DNA from: Bacilli bacterium
GTDB taxonomy: Bacteria; Bacillota_I; Bacilli_A; RFN20; CAG-826
Length of the DNA stretch: 59,109 nt
Assembly (NCBI GenBank): GCA_024408495.1
Contig: JAKSUY010000003.1
Coordinates: 1-59,109, forward strand
Reading direction: 5' to 3'
Below, one piece after another: positions 19,680-29,270 of this stretch. The notes beneath the pieces were generated by a model. That model searched no databases and was not told the DNA's origin. It worked only from the letters and a program-made list of their open reading frames with translations. Position 1 is the first letter of the stretch, and each line of letters starts with the position of its first letter. The translations under genes and the position numbers were made by a program.

Positions 19680-20162
19680 TTATTTAACTAGGAATTTAAT
19701 GTCTCTCCCTTTATATTGACGACACTTAACACCCGCAAGGGTTAAAAGTTTCTTGCTCGCTTTAGTACCGATTTGATCTTTATATTTATCAGAAGCATAG
19801 ACCACTTCTTTAATACCCGTTTGAATAATGGCTTTCGCGCATTCATTACACGGGAAGAGAGTAACATACACGGTACAACCATTTAATGAATGACCACCTT
19901 TAGTGTTTAAGATTGCATTAAATTCTGCATGACAAACATAAAGATACTTACTATCTAAACCTTCGTTCTTATTCCAAGTGAACTTATCTTCACAGCAATG
20001 ACGAGGCATACCATTATAGCCAATTGAAACAACTTTCTTTTCACTATCAACGATACATGCTCCAACTTGAGTAGATGGATCTTTACTTCTAAGCGCGCTT
20101 AAAGCCGCAATACCCATAAAGTATTCATCCCAACTAAGTATATCTTTTCTTGGTTTTGTCAT
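19680..20162 (-). CDS. dCMP deaminase (ComEB family)
   Basis: RSKDPSTQVGA, GYNG, HAE and PCNEC zinc motifs. Confidence 0.93.
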   Translation of the reverse strand: MTKPRKDILSWDEYFMGIAALSALRSKDPSTQVGACIVDSEKKVVSIGYNGMPRHCCEDKFTWNKNEGLDSKYLYVCHAEFNAILNTKGGHSLNGCTVYVTLFPCNECAKAIIQTGIKEVVYASDKYKDQIGTKASKKLLTLAGVKCRQYKGRDIKFLVK

Positions 20163-20203
20163 AAGTGATAATGATTATAACATAAATAAAAATTTATTTA
20201 TGA

Positions 20204-22327
20204 TTAACTAATAATTTGACTAATCTGACTTAGATCTAAAGAATTAGAAATCATGCTAAATGAAATAAGGTATCCACCGATTAAGAAAATAACATACATA
20301 ACGTTATATGCTAAATCCCATTTAGGCGCTCTTTTACCGATGTGTGGATGATAGAAGAGAATAAACGGAATTAATCCAGCAATAATCCAGTTCGTGCCTA
20401 AATTAAGACTATTAAATGGTAATTTAAAGTAGAACAGTAAATCAATTAATGACAAAACAAAAATTACGACACATGCAATGATGTTTTTACATAAAGCATA
20501 TCTACGAGAATCTAAGAATAGTTTCCCGAAATCCTTGCCGTACTTTAGCGAAACGTATTGTTGGAAGAAGAACAGGGCATACAAATAGAAAATAGCAAAG
20601 GCGGTTAATAACGCCCCATTCGTATGGAAGAGAAAATTAACATATGGAGAAAGCGTATCTTGCAAAGAACCTTTAACCACAAAAGCGGTCAATAACAATA
20701 AAACTGGAATAATGCTGCCTAAGCGCCATATAAGAACTTTATGAGGTGTATCTTCAATGCTTTTAGGAACCGTAAATAAGAAAAAGAAGATTAAAGAATA
20801 AAGCATCAAGTTCCAGATAATATTGCCGGGGATAAAAGCAGTAAATAATTTAATCAATTCGCTATAGATAGTTCCTTGGCTTGTTAAGCTCGCATAGACA
20901 ATGCATTCAGCTACATAGAAAATTAGGCCGAACACAAATAGCATTACGATGTTTTCTAACAATTCTTTATTGCTTCTCTTATGATAGACATCCAGCTTTA
21001 AAAAGAACGCTAAAGCCATGCCAGTTACCAATAAATTAGAAACATAGGCATTTAACTCAAGAGCCTCTTTAGAAGACTCTAAGCCTACTAAACTTGCCTG
21101 GGTCAGCCAAACTACTCCAATAGAAGATAAGAGCAATGCGCCTAATGCTAATATTCTTAAAACGCATTCAGGAATTATCATAGGGAACGAGGAATCATTC
21201 GGAACGCTACGATACACTAATGCGGCATCAGCGGTATATTCAGTTTTATGAACAACATACGGTTGAGCCTTCCCTTCCCTCAGCTTAACCTTTCTGCCCT
21301 TAATAAGAGCAAAGATAAATATGCTAAGTGAAAGGATTAAAAACACAGAGGATATTAACATCATTCTAAAGCCCAGACGAAAACCATATTCTTTATGTGA
21401 AGATATCACTTGTGTATCGTTCATCAAGTTTTCAAAAGTATAAGGAGTTTTATAGGTCGCTTTAATATCATCATTAAATTTATTGATGAGCTGGCTAAAA
21501 AGTTCTCCTGAGCCGAATAAAATATTATAAAATTCTTGATATTCAGACGATTCGGGATAATAACTTGTTTCTGTTCCACGTTCATCAGTTATAATAATTT
21601 TTGGCATACTATATTCACCAAATTTCATGTATGTAAAAACAGCATCAGCAGTCAATTCAGTAGTCAATCTATATTTAATAATTCCAATCTTTTTTTGATT
21701 ATATGCATAGGTTTGTAATATGGCTTTACTAGTTGAAAAATACACATACCCATCGCTGGCGTGTTGATCTTTTTCCGGAAACACTAACTCACAAGTCTTA
21801 GAAGTTTGGACAAAATATTCTATATCACCAGGATATTCAACGCTCTCTCTTACCCCGCGATGTTCATCTTTAGGGTTTAGACAATCTTGAATAACTTCTT
21901 GCCGAAAATCAGTAAATTCATTCGACCACATTACCTTTGGATTTACATTATCGCGTTCATAAAAATACACACCCATACCAAGAGTGATTAATAATAAGCC
22001 TGACACAATTCCTGATACTAATTTAGTTCTTTTCTTCTTAATATTGGCGCGAATTTTTTCATCGACATGCGGATCTTCGTATTTAACATTAACTGGAGTC
22101 ACATAAGTAGTATTCTTATTAAAGAAATCTTTATTTAATTTGTAATAATCAATAAAACGAGGCTGAAGTTTTTTACTTACATGTACATATCCTTTTTCAA
22201 TAAGACTTAAATATAAACGAGTTACTTTCAAAGCTTTCGCAGCTTCTTTCAAAGTAATTTTCTTTTGATTACGGGTTTGGAAAAGAGCATAGTTAATAGA
22301 TTTAATAACAAATTTCTTTTCCTTCAT
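20204..22327 (-). CDS. XRE-type HTH protein fused to an extracellular domain and a polytopic membrane domain
   Basis: TLKEAAKALKVTRLYLSLIEKG HTH; TM at about aa 103-121; about 200-aa hydrophilic region; then about 10 further hydrophobic segments. Confidence 0.6.
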   Translation of the reverse strand: MKEKKFVIKSINYALFQTRNQKKITLKEAAKALKVTRLYLSLIEKGYVHVSKKLQPRFIDYYKLNKDFFNKNTTYVTPVNVKYEDPHVDEKIRANIKKKRTKLVSGIVSGLLLITLGMGVYFYERDNVNPKVMWSNEFTDFRQEVIQDCLNPKDEHRGVRESVEYPGDIEYFVQTSKTCELVFPEKDQHASDGYVYFSTSKAILQTYAYNQKKIGIIKYRLTTELTADAVFTYMKFGEYSMPKIIITDERGTETSYYPESSEYQEFYNILFGSGELFSQLINKFNDDIKATYKTPYTFENLMNDTQVISSHKEYGFRLGFRMMLISSVFLILSLSIFIFALIKGRKVKLREGKAQPYVVHKTEYTADAALVYRSVPNDSSFPMIIPECVLRILALGALLLSSIGVVWLTQASLVGLESSKEALELNAYVSNLLVTGMALAFFLKLDVYHKRSNKELLENIVMLFVFGLIFYVAECIVYASLTSQGTIYSELIKLFTAFIPGNIIWNLMLYSLIFFFLFTVPKSIEDTPHKVLIWRLGSIIPVLLLLTAFVVKGSLQDTLSPYVNFLFHTNGALLTAFAIFYLYALFFFQQYVSLKYGKDFGKLFLDSRRYALCKNIIACVVIFVLSLIDLLFYFKLPFNSLNLGTNWIIAGLIPFILFYHPHIGKRAPKWDLAYNVMYVIFLIGGYLISFSMISNSLDLSQISQIIS

Positions 22328-22329
22328 AA

Positions 22330-23175
22330 TTAATTATTAAAATAAAGCACGCCGACCGTATCTGGTCCACAATGGCTAGCAATAGTGCCGCCTGCGTGCG
22401 TCACATAGATGTTTTTAAATCCGCGCTTAGTTAATTTATCTTTAACCATACTAACAATTTCGTTTTCATTTTCTAAACTCGGAAAAGTAATAAACACAGT
22501 ATCTAAATCTGGATTATTAAATTCATTTAAAGTTTCATCAACATATTGACTAACTACATTAAAATATTTTCCTCTAAATTTCTTTCCCGCATCCATCTTG
22601 CCTTCGCTTACAACAATCTGCGGACAAATGTGGAATAGGTTAGCGCCGAACATCGCAAGTTTAGAGCAACGTCCACCTTTATATAAATAATCTAAATTGT
22701 GTATAACAAAACTCGCTTGTACATGTGGTATTCTTTCTTTAACTTGCTCGACAATCGCATCCACGTTAAGTCCTTGATCCGCTAATTTGCGCGCGTGTAA
22801 CGCAAGCAAAGCTATTCCTGTAGATAAACTTCTAGAATCAATTACAAATACTTTATCTTTAAATTGTTCTGCAACCGTAACTGCATTACGATAAGCACTA
22901 CTCATTTCACTAGATAAAGTAATATGAATTACCACATCATAATTATTTAATAATGCCTTAAAGTGTTCTTCGTATTGAAATTGATTAACTGCGCTAGTCT
23001 TAGGTAGTTGATTAGTTTCTTTTACATAATTAAATAACTCTTGATTAGACAATTCTCCGTCAAACTTTGATTCTGCACCTAAAACAACAGAGAAAGGTAC
23101 AGTATGAATATCAAACTTCTCTAATAATTCTTTAGTTAGATCAATAGTTGACTCTGCGGATATAGCAATTTTCAT
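22330..23175 (-). CDS. DegV/FakB fatty-acid-binding protein
   Basis: ESTIDL, PKTSA, LSSEMSS, IDSRSLS, LYKGGR, SHCGP. Confidence 0.93.
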   Translation of the reverse strand: MKIAISAESTIDLTKELLEKFDIHTVPFSVVLGAESKFDGELSNQELFNYVKETNQLPKTSAVNQFQYEEHFKALLNNYDVVIHITLSSEMSSAYRNAVTVAEQFKDKVFVIDSRSLSTGIALLALHARKLADQGLNVDAIVEQVKERIPHVQASFVIHNLDYLYKGGRCSKLAMFGANLFHICPQIVVSEGKMDAGKKFRGKYFNVVSQYVDETLNEFNNPDLDTVFITFPSLENENEIVSMVKDKLTKRGFKNIYVTHAGGTIASHCGPDTVGVLYFNN

Positions 23176-23612
23176 AAAATAGTAACAGTTCCGTCCTCAC
23201 TTACTTTTAATTTGTCGCCGGTTTTAACGGTCTCTAAAAATTCTTTGCCTAGATTATCGATGGCAATCATATCACTATGTTCCCAAACATTCGATAAGAC
23301 TACGCCTGAAGCTGCTAACGAATCAATATGCTCACTAAATAATAAACACGCTGGATGAATCTTTAAAGCACAAATGGCTTGAATAACTAATCCGCCCGTA
23401 GTTGAACCGATAGTAATTGGTAAACACAATGCTTTACCCGTTAATTCCTTTTTATAAATATCTGGGTTATTCTGATCGCTTGCAATTACAGTTCTTGAAT
23501 TTGCGATTGCGCTGCTTTGAAAAGTGGCTAAAGTGTTTACGCCTTGATGAGAGACGATTGCTTCGCCTTCCCAATTGCCTTTCGCTAGTACTCTACCTTT
23601 AAATGTTTTCAT
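23172..23612 (-). CDS. Aconitase X small (swiveling, DUF126) subunit
   Basis: KGRVLAKG..EGEAIVS, GKAL..P..GSTTG motif; directly downstream of DUF521 gene. Confidence 0.85.
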   Translation of the reverse strand: MKTFKGRVLAKGNWEGEAIVSHQGVNTLATFQSSAIANSRTVIASDQNNPDIYKKELTGKALCLPITIGSTTGGLVIQAICALKIHPACLLFSEHIDSLAASGVVLSNVWEHSDMIAIDNLGKEFLETVKTGDKLKVSEDGTVTIL

Positions 23613-23614
23613 AC

Positions 23615-24907
23615 TTATTTCCTCTTTCCTACAAGGATATCTAACATATCATCACTCTTATAATAACGAGCTACTGAATAAGTTCTTAACTTATTAGAAG
23701 TCGTCATAATTCTTCTCATTTTGGTCAATGGGTTATTGGTATACATCAGTGGGCAAATGCAAGAAAGTTTAACACCCGCTGATATTAATTTATCGTATCG
23801 ATCAGTCTTTAAGAACTTTTCTTTAACATCTGGCGCCGTCGTAATAATGGTTCTAATGGTAACTTTCTTTCTACCAGTCTCTTTTAAACCATTAACAATC
23901 TTATCGGTCCATTCATTTAATTGATTAAAGCTAAGATGCGGACATCCAATAAAGGCTAAATTGCCTTTAGCATTTGGATTCTTCCACATCACTGGATAAT
24001 TCTTATACACTCTTTCTAATTCAGCATCATCGATAATATATTCTTTAGCATCTTTATTAATTAATTTCTGCCCTAATTCTTTAGCTTCAGGAGTTAAACC
24101 ATCAATATGGTATAAACCAACCGCGCCATTGCTTGCAGTCGCAGCTCCAAAATCTTTTAGATAACTTTTAACATCATCGTTTAAATCATTACCTAAAAAT
24201 TTATCTAATCCGATAACATAAGGAACATCTTCCATAACTTTCATACCAATTGCACTACCTAGTATTTGTGCTTCTGGTAATTTACTTAATTTTAAGATTA
24301 CTTTCCATTTCGCTTTTCTACCTTCATCGGTTAATAAACCAAATTCTGGAACCTTACCTAATATCGAGCCAAATAGATCAATCATTCCTGAATTACGATT
24401 AACGCGTGCGCCTAATACAGAGTTAGCATAGTTAACAGCGCTACTTTCCGCCCAAGAAAGAATATCTCCTTTCTTAGGGACATTACCTACTTCTGGTAAA
24501 TAACAAGCACAAGTAAATGCGTTTGCATCCTTTAGGCCGACTGCCGTTAATTGTTCTTCGTAACGTTTTTGTTCGCCATAAAGAATATGATTAAACACTA
24601 ACTTCTCAAGTAGGTTACAACGTACGTTTGTATAATCTAGTGGTCTAGGATCAACGGTAAACTTTGCTTTAGTATGGATGTCGGCTTTAATAATCTTATC
24701 CATCGTAGTGAATAATGGTTTAATGATTCCAATCCCAAACGAAGTCACTAAATGACCTTCGTGATGAGTCACATCCACTAAGCGAGGCGCTTCAAAGATA
24801 TCACCGAAACGCACAATCGTTTCCATGATCTGTTGCATAGTCTCACCTTGTTTACCTTCAAGGATTGCTTGTTCTTCTTTCGTTAACTTCATTTTTGGCT
24901 GATACAT
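23615..24907 (-). CDS. Aconitase X large (catalytic, DUF521) subunit
   Basis: LTKEE..IL.G..G, TCACY, WAESSA...NSVLGAR.NR, GCPH, CP and TTSNK motifs. Confidence 0.9.
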   Translation of the reverse strand: MYQPKMKLTKEEQAILEGKQGETMQQIMETIVRFGDIFEAPRLVDVTHHEGHLVTSFGIGIIKPLFTTMDKIIKADIHTKAKFTVDPRPLDYTNVRCNLLEKLVFNHILYGEQKRYEEQLTAVGLKDANAFTCACYLPEVGNVPKKGDILSWAESSAVNYANSVLGARVNRNSGMIDLFGSILGKVPEFGLLTDEGRKAKWKVILKLSKLPEAQILGSAIGMKVMEDVPYVIGLDKFLGNDLNDDVKSYLKDFGAATASNGAVGLYHIDGLTPEAKELGQKLINKDAKEYIIDDAELERVYKNYPVMWKNPNAKGNLAFIGCPHLSFNQLNEWTDKIVNGLKETGRKKVTIRTIITTAPDVKEKFLKTDRYDKLISAGVKLSCICPLMYTNNPLTKMRRIMTTSNKLRTYSVARYYKSDDMLDILVGKRK

Positions 24908-24919
24908 AATGTACCTCCT

Positions 24920-26494
24920 TTATTTCATTAACCATTTGATATATTCGATTTCAACTTTCGTGTCTAAACGCGGGAATAATTGATTGCCTTTCTTTACTTT
25001 AAATTTCTCAATTATTCCAATCTTATTAATTGATTGATAATTTCTTAAAGATTCAGGAATTCCTAATTGATCTAAGATGTTTTTAGATTGATGCACTAAT
25101 ACCGGTGAAAGCAAAATGCTACTTACATAAAGAACATTCGCTAAATGAGACATAACACTTTTTAGTTCATCGGTCTTTCCTTCTTTTGCTAACACCCAAG
25201 GCGCGGTCTCATCAATATATTTATTCGCACGCGCGACTAAATTCATTGCACTAGTGACACCTTCAGTTATTTTTAAATCATCAAAATTAAGTTCATATTC
25301 TTTAATGGATGCTTTAATCATATTCTCGATTTCACTATCAAACTTAGTAACGTTACTCTTAAATTCAGGAATCTCACCATTGAAGTATTTATCAATCATT
25401 GAAACTGTACGATTAAGTAAATTACCTAATTGATTCGCTAAGTCTACATTAATGCGTTCGACAAATTGTTCTGGAGTAAATTCTCCATCACGTCCAAAGG
25501 TTACTTCACGAGCAAGATAATATCTCACTGCATCTACTCCATAACGTTCTACTAATGGATAAGGAGATACAACATTACCTTTTGATTTAGACATCTTTTC
25601 ATCCTTAATTCTAAGTAGACCATGAACAAATACTCTATCTGGTCTTCTAAGTCCAGTCGACATTAAAAACATCGGCCAATAAATACAATGGAAACGAGAT
25701 ATATCGGCACCAATCACGTGAATAATTTCCGTATTCTCATCTTGCCAGAATTTTTTATATAATTCTCCATCTGGATATCCTAAAGCAGAAATATAATTTG
25801 CTAAAGCATCAAGCCACACATAAACGGTGTGTTTAGGATTTTCTTTAACCGTAATTCCCCAATCATTAGAGGTTCTAGAAACACTTAAATCTTGTAAACC
25901 TGGTTTAATGAATGTATTAATCATTTCATTCATTCTACTAGTGGGAAAACATAGTTTAGGATTCTTCTTATATTCATCTAATAATTGATCAACGTATTTA
26001 GAACATTTAAAGAAATAACTTTCTTCACTAGCTTCGTGGACTGGTCGATGGCAATCAGGACATAAATGACTATCCCCTACTTGAATATCGGTCCAAAATG
26101 CTTCACATTCAGTACAATACCATCCTTTATATTCGCCTAGATAGATATCTTCTTTCTTAAGCATTTGAGAGAATAAATCTTGAACGACTTTAATATGACG
26201 GTCTTCGGTTGTTCTAATAAAGTCATCATTGCTAATTTCCATTAATTTCCATAGTTTTTGGAAATTCGCAACTATTTCATCAACATAAGCTTTTGTTTCT
26301 TTCCCTGCTTTCTTAGCGTGTTCTTTAATCTTCTGCCCGTGCTCATCCGTACCGGTTAAGAAACGTGTTTCAAAACCCCGTAAACGTTTATTACGAGCAA
26401 GAATATCACAAATAGTTGTGCAATAAGCGTGCCCGATGTGGGCGTCACCACTCGGATAATAAATGGGCGTGGTGATATAAAATTTTGTCTTCAT
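24920..26494 (-). CDS. metG: Methionine-tRNA ligase (no C-terminal tRNA-binding OB domain)
   Basis: YITTPIYY, HIGH, GTDEHG, KMSKS, LFPR. Confidence 0.97.
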   Translation of the reverse strand: MKTKFYITTPIYYPSGDAHIGHAYCTTICDILARNKRLRGFETRFLTGTDEHGQKIKEHAKKAGKETKAYVDEIVANFQKLWKLMEISNDDFIRTTEDRHIKVVQDLFSQMLKKEDIYLGEYKGWYCTECEAFWTDIQVGDSHLCPDCHRPVHEASEESYFFKCSKYVDQLLDEYKKNPKLCFPTSRMNEMINTFIKPGLQDLSVSRTSNDWGITVKENPKHTVYVWLDALANYISALGYPDGELYKKFWQDENTEIIHVIGADISRFHCIYWPMFLMSTGLRRPDRVFVHGLLRIKDEKMSKSKGNVVSPYPLVERYGVDAVRYYLAREVTFGRDGEFTPEQFVERINVDLANQLGNLLNRTVSMIDKYFNGEIPEFKSNVTKFDSEIENMIKASIKEYELNFDDLKITEGVTSAMNLVARANKYIDETAPWVLAKEGKTDELKSVMSHLANVLYVSSILLSPVLVHQSKNILDQLGIPESLRNYQSINKIGIIEKFKVKKGNQLFPRLDTKVEIEYIKWLMK

Positions 26495-26555
26495 ATGAGA
26501 AAACTCCTATATGTAGGTCTAATTTAATTATACCTAATCTTTTCGTATAAATACG

Positions 26556-26576
26556 AAAAAAACGGCCAAAGCCGTT
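26556..26576 (-). terminator. Rho-independent terminator after rpmE
   Basis: Minus strand AACGGC-TTTG-GCCGTT followed by a T-run. Confidence 0.75.
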
Positions 26577-26599
26577 ATTTTCATAATTTAGTACTTAAA

Positions 26600-26815
26600 T
26601 TAGTTTTGTTTTGATTTAAGACCGTACTTCTTATTGAAGCGATCAACTCTACCAGCAGCTTGAACAAATCTTTGCTTACCAGTGTAGAATGGATGGCAAT
26701 TGCTGCAAGTATCAACTTTAATTTCCTTTAAAACTGAACCGGTTTCAAAAGTGTTACCGCAAGAGACACAAGTGACCTTGCAACGTTGATACTTTGGATG
26801 AATGTCTTGTTTCAT
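26600..26815 (-). CDS. rpmE: 50S ribosomal protein L31 (zinc-binding type)
   Basis: [30 protein letters not shown]. Confidence 0.97.
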   Translation of the reverse strand: MKQDIHPKYQRCKVTCVSCGNTFETGSVLKEIKVDTCSNCHPFYTGKQRFVQAAGRVDRFNKKYGLKSKQN

Positions 26816-26825
26816 AAATCTATTT

Positions 26826-26868
26826 ACCTCCTGCCTTAAGTCTCAAGTGGACCTAAAGAAAGTGTGCC
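26826..26868 (-). promoter_or_regulatory. Putative L31 leader (autoregulatory hairpin)
   Basis: Hairpin CTTTAGGTC/GACTTAAGG directly before SD AGGAGG; upstream promoter TTGACA (26903-26898)-18 nt-TATTGT. Confidence 0.5.
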
Positions 26869-26952
26869 TTAAAACAATATCACTAACATAGTTAGCTTGT
26901 CAAACAATAATAAATTGAAATTATGTTAATTTCATAATATACTAATGAAACG

Positions 26953-28065
26953 ATGAAGAAACACATCAAACTTATCCTTAGAACATTTATCTCGAACAAC
27001 GCTTGCGTTGAAGCGGCGAGAACTAAAGAAAAGAAATATACCATTATTGGTATTATTTTTGCTTTATTTGCGCTTTTCTTTGCGGCTTTACCAACCTGCG
27101 TTACTGGTTTTCAACAAAATGGCGGCAACTGGATTAGAGGTAGTGTTAATTACTCGTTTGATACTGCTATGAGAGATTTTGGGGAAGTAACATCTACTAA
27201 AAACGTCTCTTTCAAAATTGAAGAAGATGAAAAACACAATCATAAATTAACTGCTAATAATTGGGATGCGATGGATTGTTATCCAAACCAAGAAGGCGAA
27301 AACGCACTACACTGCTTCATTTCTACAGTTCCTAATGTAGAAGATGCTGAAGAACACAAAATCATGGAAATCTATCATTGCGACGAGAGTGTCTGTGATT
27401 TTGCTCTTTTCGTTGAAGAAATAGCTAAAAACATTAATCCACTTAAGATAAAAGGTTATATCAATGCACAAGATAAGAAAGCGCGCGAAGAAACCGCTGC
27501 TAATATGTTAGAAAGCGAAACTAAAGATGATAAGACCACAGTTAAAGCGCGCACAACCTCGTTCATCGTCTTTGGCACTTATCACGTTCAAGGTGCGCTT
27601 TGTCCGCCAGGTGTTAGTCAAATTGCATCAAGTGTTTATGGGGATTATAACAACACTCATATAAGCGATGAAGACTTCATTCATACCGTATTAGCTAAAC
27701 CAGGCGCAAGTAATGAAGAAATTTTAAAATCTAACCAAACGTTTTATGATCAAGTGTTTGTTAATGTCCGTCGTACCAATACGTGGCGTTCAACTGGAAT
27801 TATTCTAGGTGTTGATGCCGGTGTAATTCTTTTGATGGGCTTTATGGTTTGGATATTAACTCGTGGTAAGAACAATCCATTTAGAATTTATAGTTTCTGG
27901 GATGGACAAAAGATTGCTTATTACGCAAGTTTAACTCCTGGCATCATCGCCTTGTTTGGTTTCTTAATGCAAAATATGGCCATGATGTTATTTATCTTAG
28001 GCGTTGGCGTTCGTGTAATGTGGCTTAGCATGAAAACATTACGTTATCAATCTGCTGCCAAGTAA
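26953..28065 (+). CDS. Membrane protein with large extracellular loop (possibly DUF1189-like)
   Basis: One N-terminal TM, about 230-aa loop, three C-terminal TMs; own promoter TTGAAA-17-TATACT (26915-26943). Confidence 0.55.
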   Translation: MKKHIKLILRTFISNNACVEAARTKEKKYTIIGIIFALFALFFAALPTCVTGFQQNGGNWIRGSVNYSFDTAMRDFGEVTSTKNVSFKIEEDEKHNHKLTANNWDAMDCYPNQEGENALHCFISTVPNVEDAEEHKIMEIYHCDESVCDFALFVEEIAKNINPLKIKGYINAQDKKAREETAANMLESETKDDKTTVKARTTSFIVFGTYHVQGALCPPGVSQIASSVYGDYNNTHISDEDFIHTVLAKPGASNEEILKSNQTFYDQVFVNVRRTNTWRSTGIILGVDAGVILLMGFMVWILTRGKNNPFRIYSFWDGQKIAYYASLTPGIIALFGFLMQNMAMMLFILGVGVRVMWLSMKTLRYQSAAK

Positions 28066-28067
28066 GT

Positions 28068-28940
28068 TTAAATATTACTTAAAATATATTTAGCAACGCT
28101 TCTAGTAAGAGGCGTTTTTGCTAATTGCTCAATAGTTAATGTACGCGCATTACTATTTACTTCTAAAACAAAGTATTTATTGTTTTTATCCTTCACAATA
28201 TCAATTGCGCCAAAATCTAATTTAAGCGCAAGTGAGGAACGAATTGCGACTTTTAATAATACTTCATCTGGTTTATTTATAACTTTCATTTTTCCGCCTA
28301 ATTCAACATTACTTCTAAAATCCTTTTTATTCGTGCGACTCACGACCGCTTTTGGGCGATGGTTGATTACATAAACTCGGTAATCTTTACCATATTCATA
28401 ATCAATATATTCTTGAATAATTAACTCTCTTTGCCATTTACTTTTTATTATTTTGTTTAATTCAATATCGTTATGAATAAGATATACGCCTAAGCCTAAG
28501 GAGTTACGACGTTCTTTAACAATTAGAGGATATTTAATTCCGTTAATGTTGATAAGTTTTTTAATATCGTTAAAGTATTTACTTAAATCCTCAAAGAATG
28601 TTAATGGCAACACAATTGTTTTAGGAGTAGGAATTTTATTTTTATTAAATAATGCATAGCTATAAGCTTTATCATCACATAAACGTAATGCATCTATATT
28701 ATTAAACACTTTTATATTTAGATTTAAGAGTTGATACACCAAGGCAATATCTTTATCCCAAAATAAAACAAAGTCTACATGCTTTTCGTTTTTAATTACT
28801 TCTAATGCATGCAGATTATCCACTAATTTTAATTTAACGTGCTCTAATTTAAAGGCGCTCACATAAGCATCAATTTGGGTTTTGAAAATCTTTTGATTCT
28901 TCTGAGTAATGTTATAGATTAGATATCCATTAATCGCCAT
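28068..28940 (-). CDS. RimK/LysX-family ATP-grasp ligase
   Basis: CDDK, YPLIVK, QEYI, KDYRV, DFRSNVELGG, DFGAID, LEVNSN motifs; start ATG 28940 with SD GAGGT. Confidence 0.88.
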   Translation of the reverse strand: MAINGYLIYNITQKNQKIFKTQIDAYVSAFKLEHVKLKLVDNLHALEVIKNEKHVDFVLFWDKDIALVYQLLNLNIKVFNNIDALRLCDDKAYSYALFNKNKIPTPKTIVLPLTFFEDLSKYFNDIKKLININGIKYPLIVKERRNSLGLGVYLIHNDIELNKIIKSKWQRELIIQEYIDYEYGKDYRVYVINHRPKAVVSRTNKKDFRSNVELGGKMKVINKPDEVLLKVAIRSSLALKLDFGAIDIVKDKNNKYFVLEVNSNARTLTIEQLAKTPLTRSVAKYILSNI

Positions 28941-29268
28941 AATCACTACCTCTAGATTTATCTTCCACGAAGATTTTAAGTGGATTTAGTATATCAGTTA
29001 TTTCTAAGTAGATATAGTCTTTAAGGAGTATAAACGGCGAGTCTACATCCATAGTAAAAAATACTTTTCTATTCTTTTTAACTCTTTCATTAATCGCATT
29101 AATAATTTCATCAAAACGATCTGGATATAAAGGCTTAAGATTCTCTAATTGAGTGTAAAAAGCCGGCTCCATAATAAAACGTGCATCTTTGTTTAAAATA
29201 TAACCAGGACATAAGTTTGATTTACTATCCAAGTTTCTTTCTAAATGTGACCATTCTTGATATTCCAT
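28930..29268 (-). CDS. Hypothetical 112-aa protein ending in ...SRGSDYGD
   Basis: Fills the gap between rlmH and the ATP-grasp gene with tight spacing on both sides; no recognised domain. Confidence 0.7.
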   Translation of the reverse strand: MEYQEWSHLERNLDSKSNLCPGYILNKDARFIMEPAFYTQLENLKPLYPDRFDEIINAINERVKKNRKVFFTMDVDSPFILLKDYIYLEITDILNPLKIFVEDKSRGSDYGD

Positions 29269-29270
29269 AC

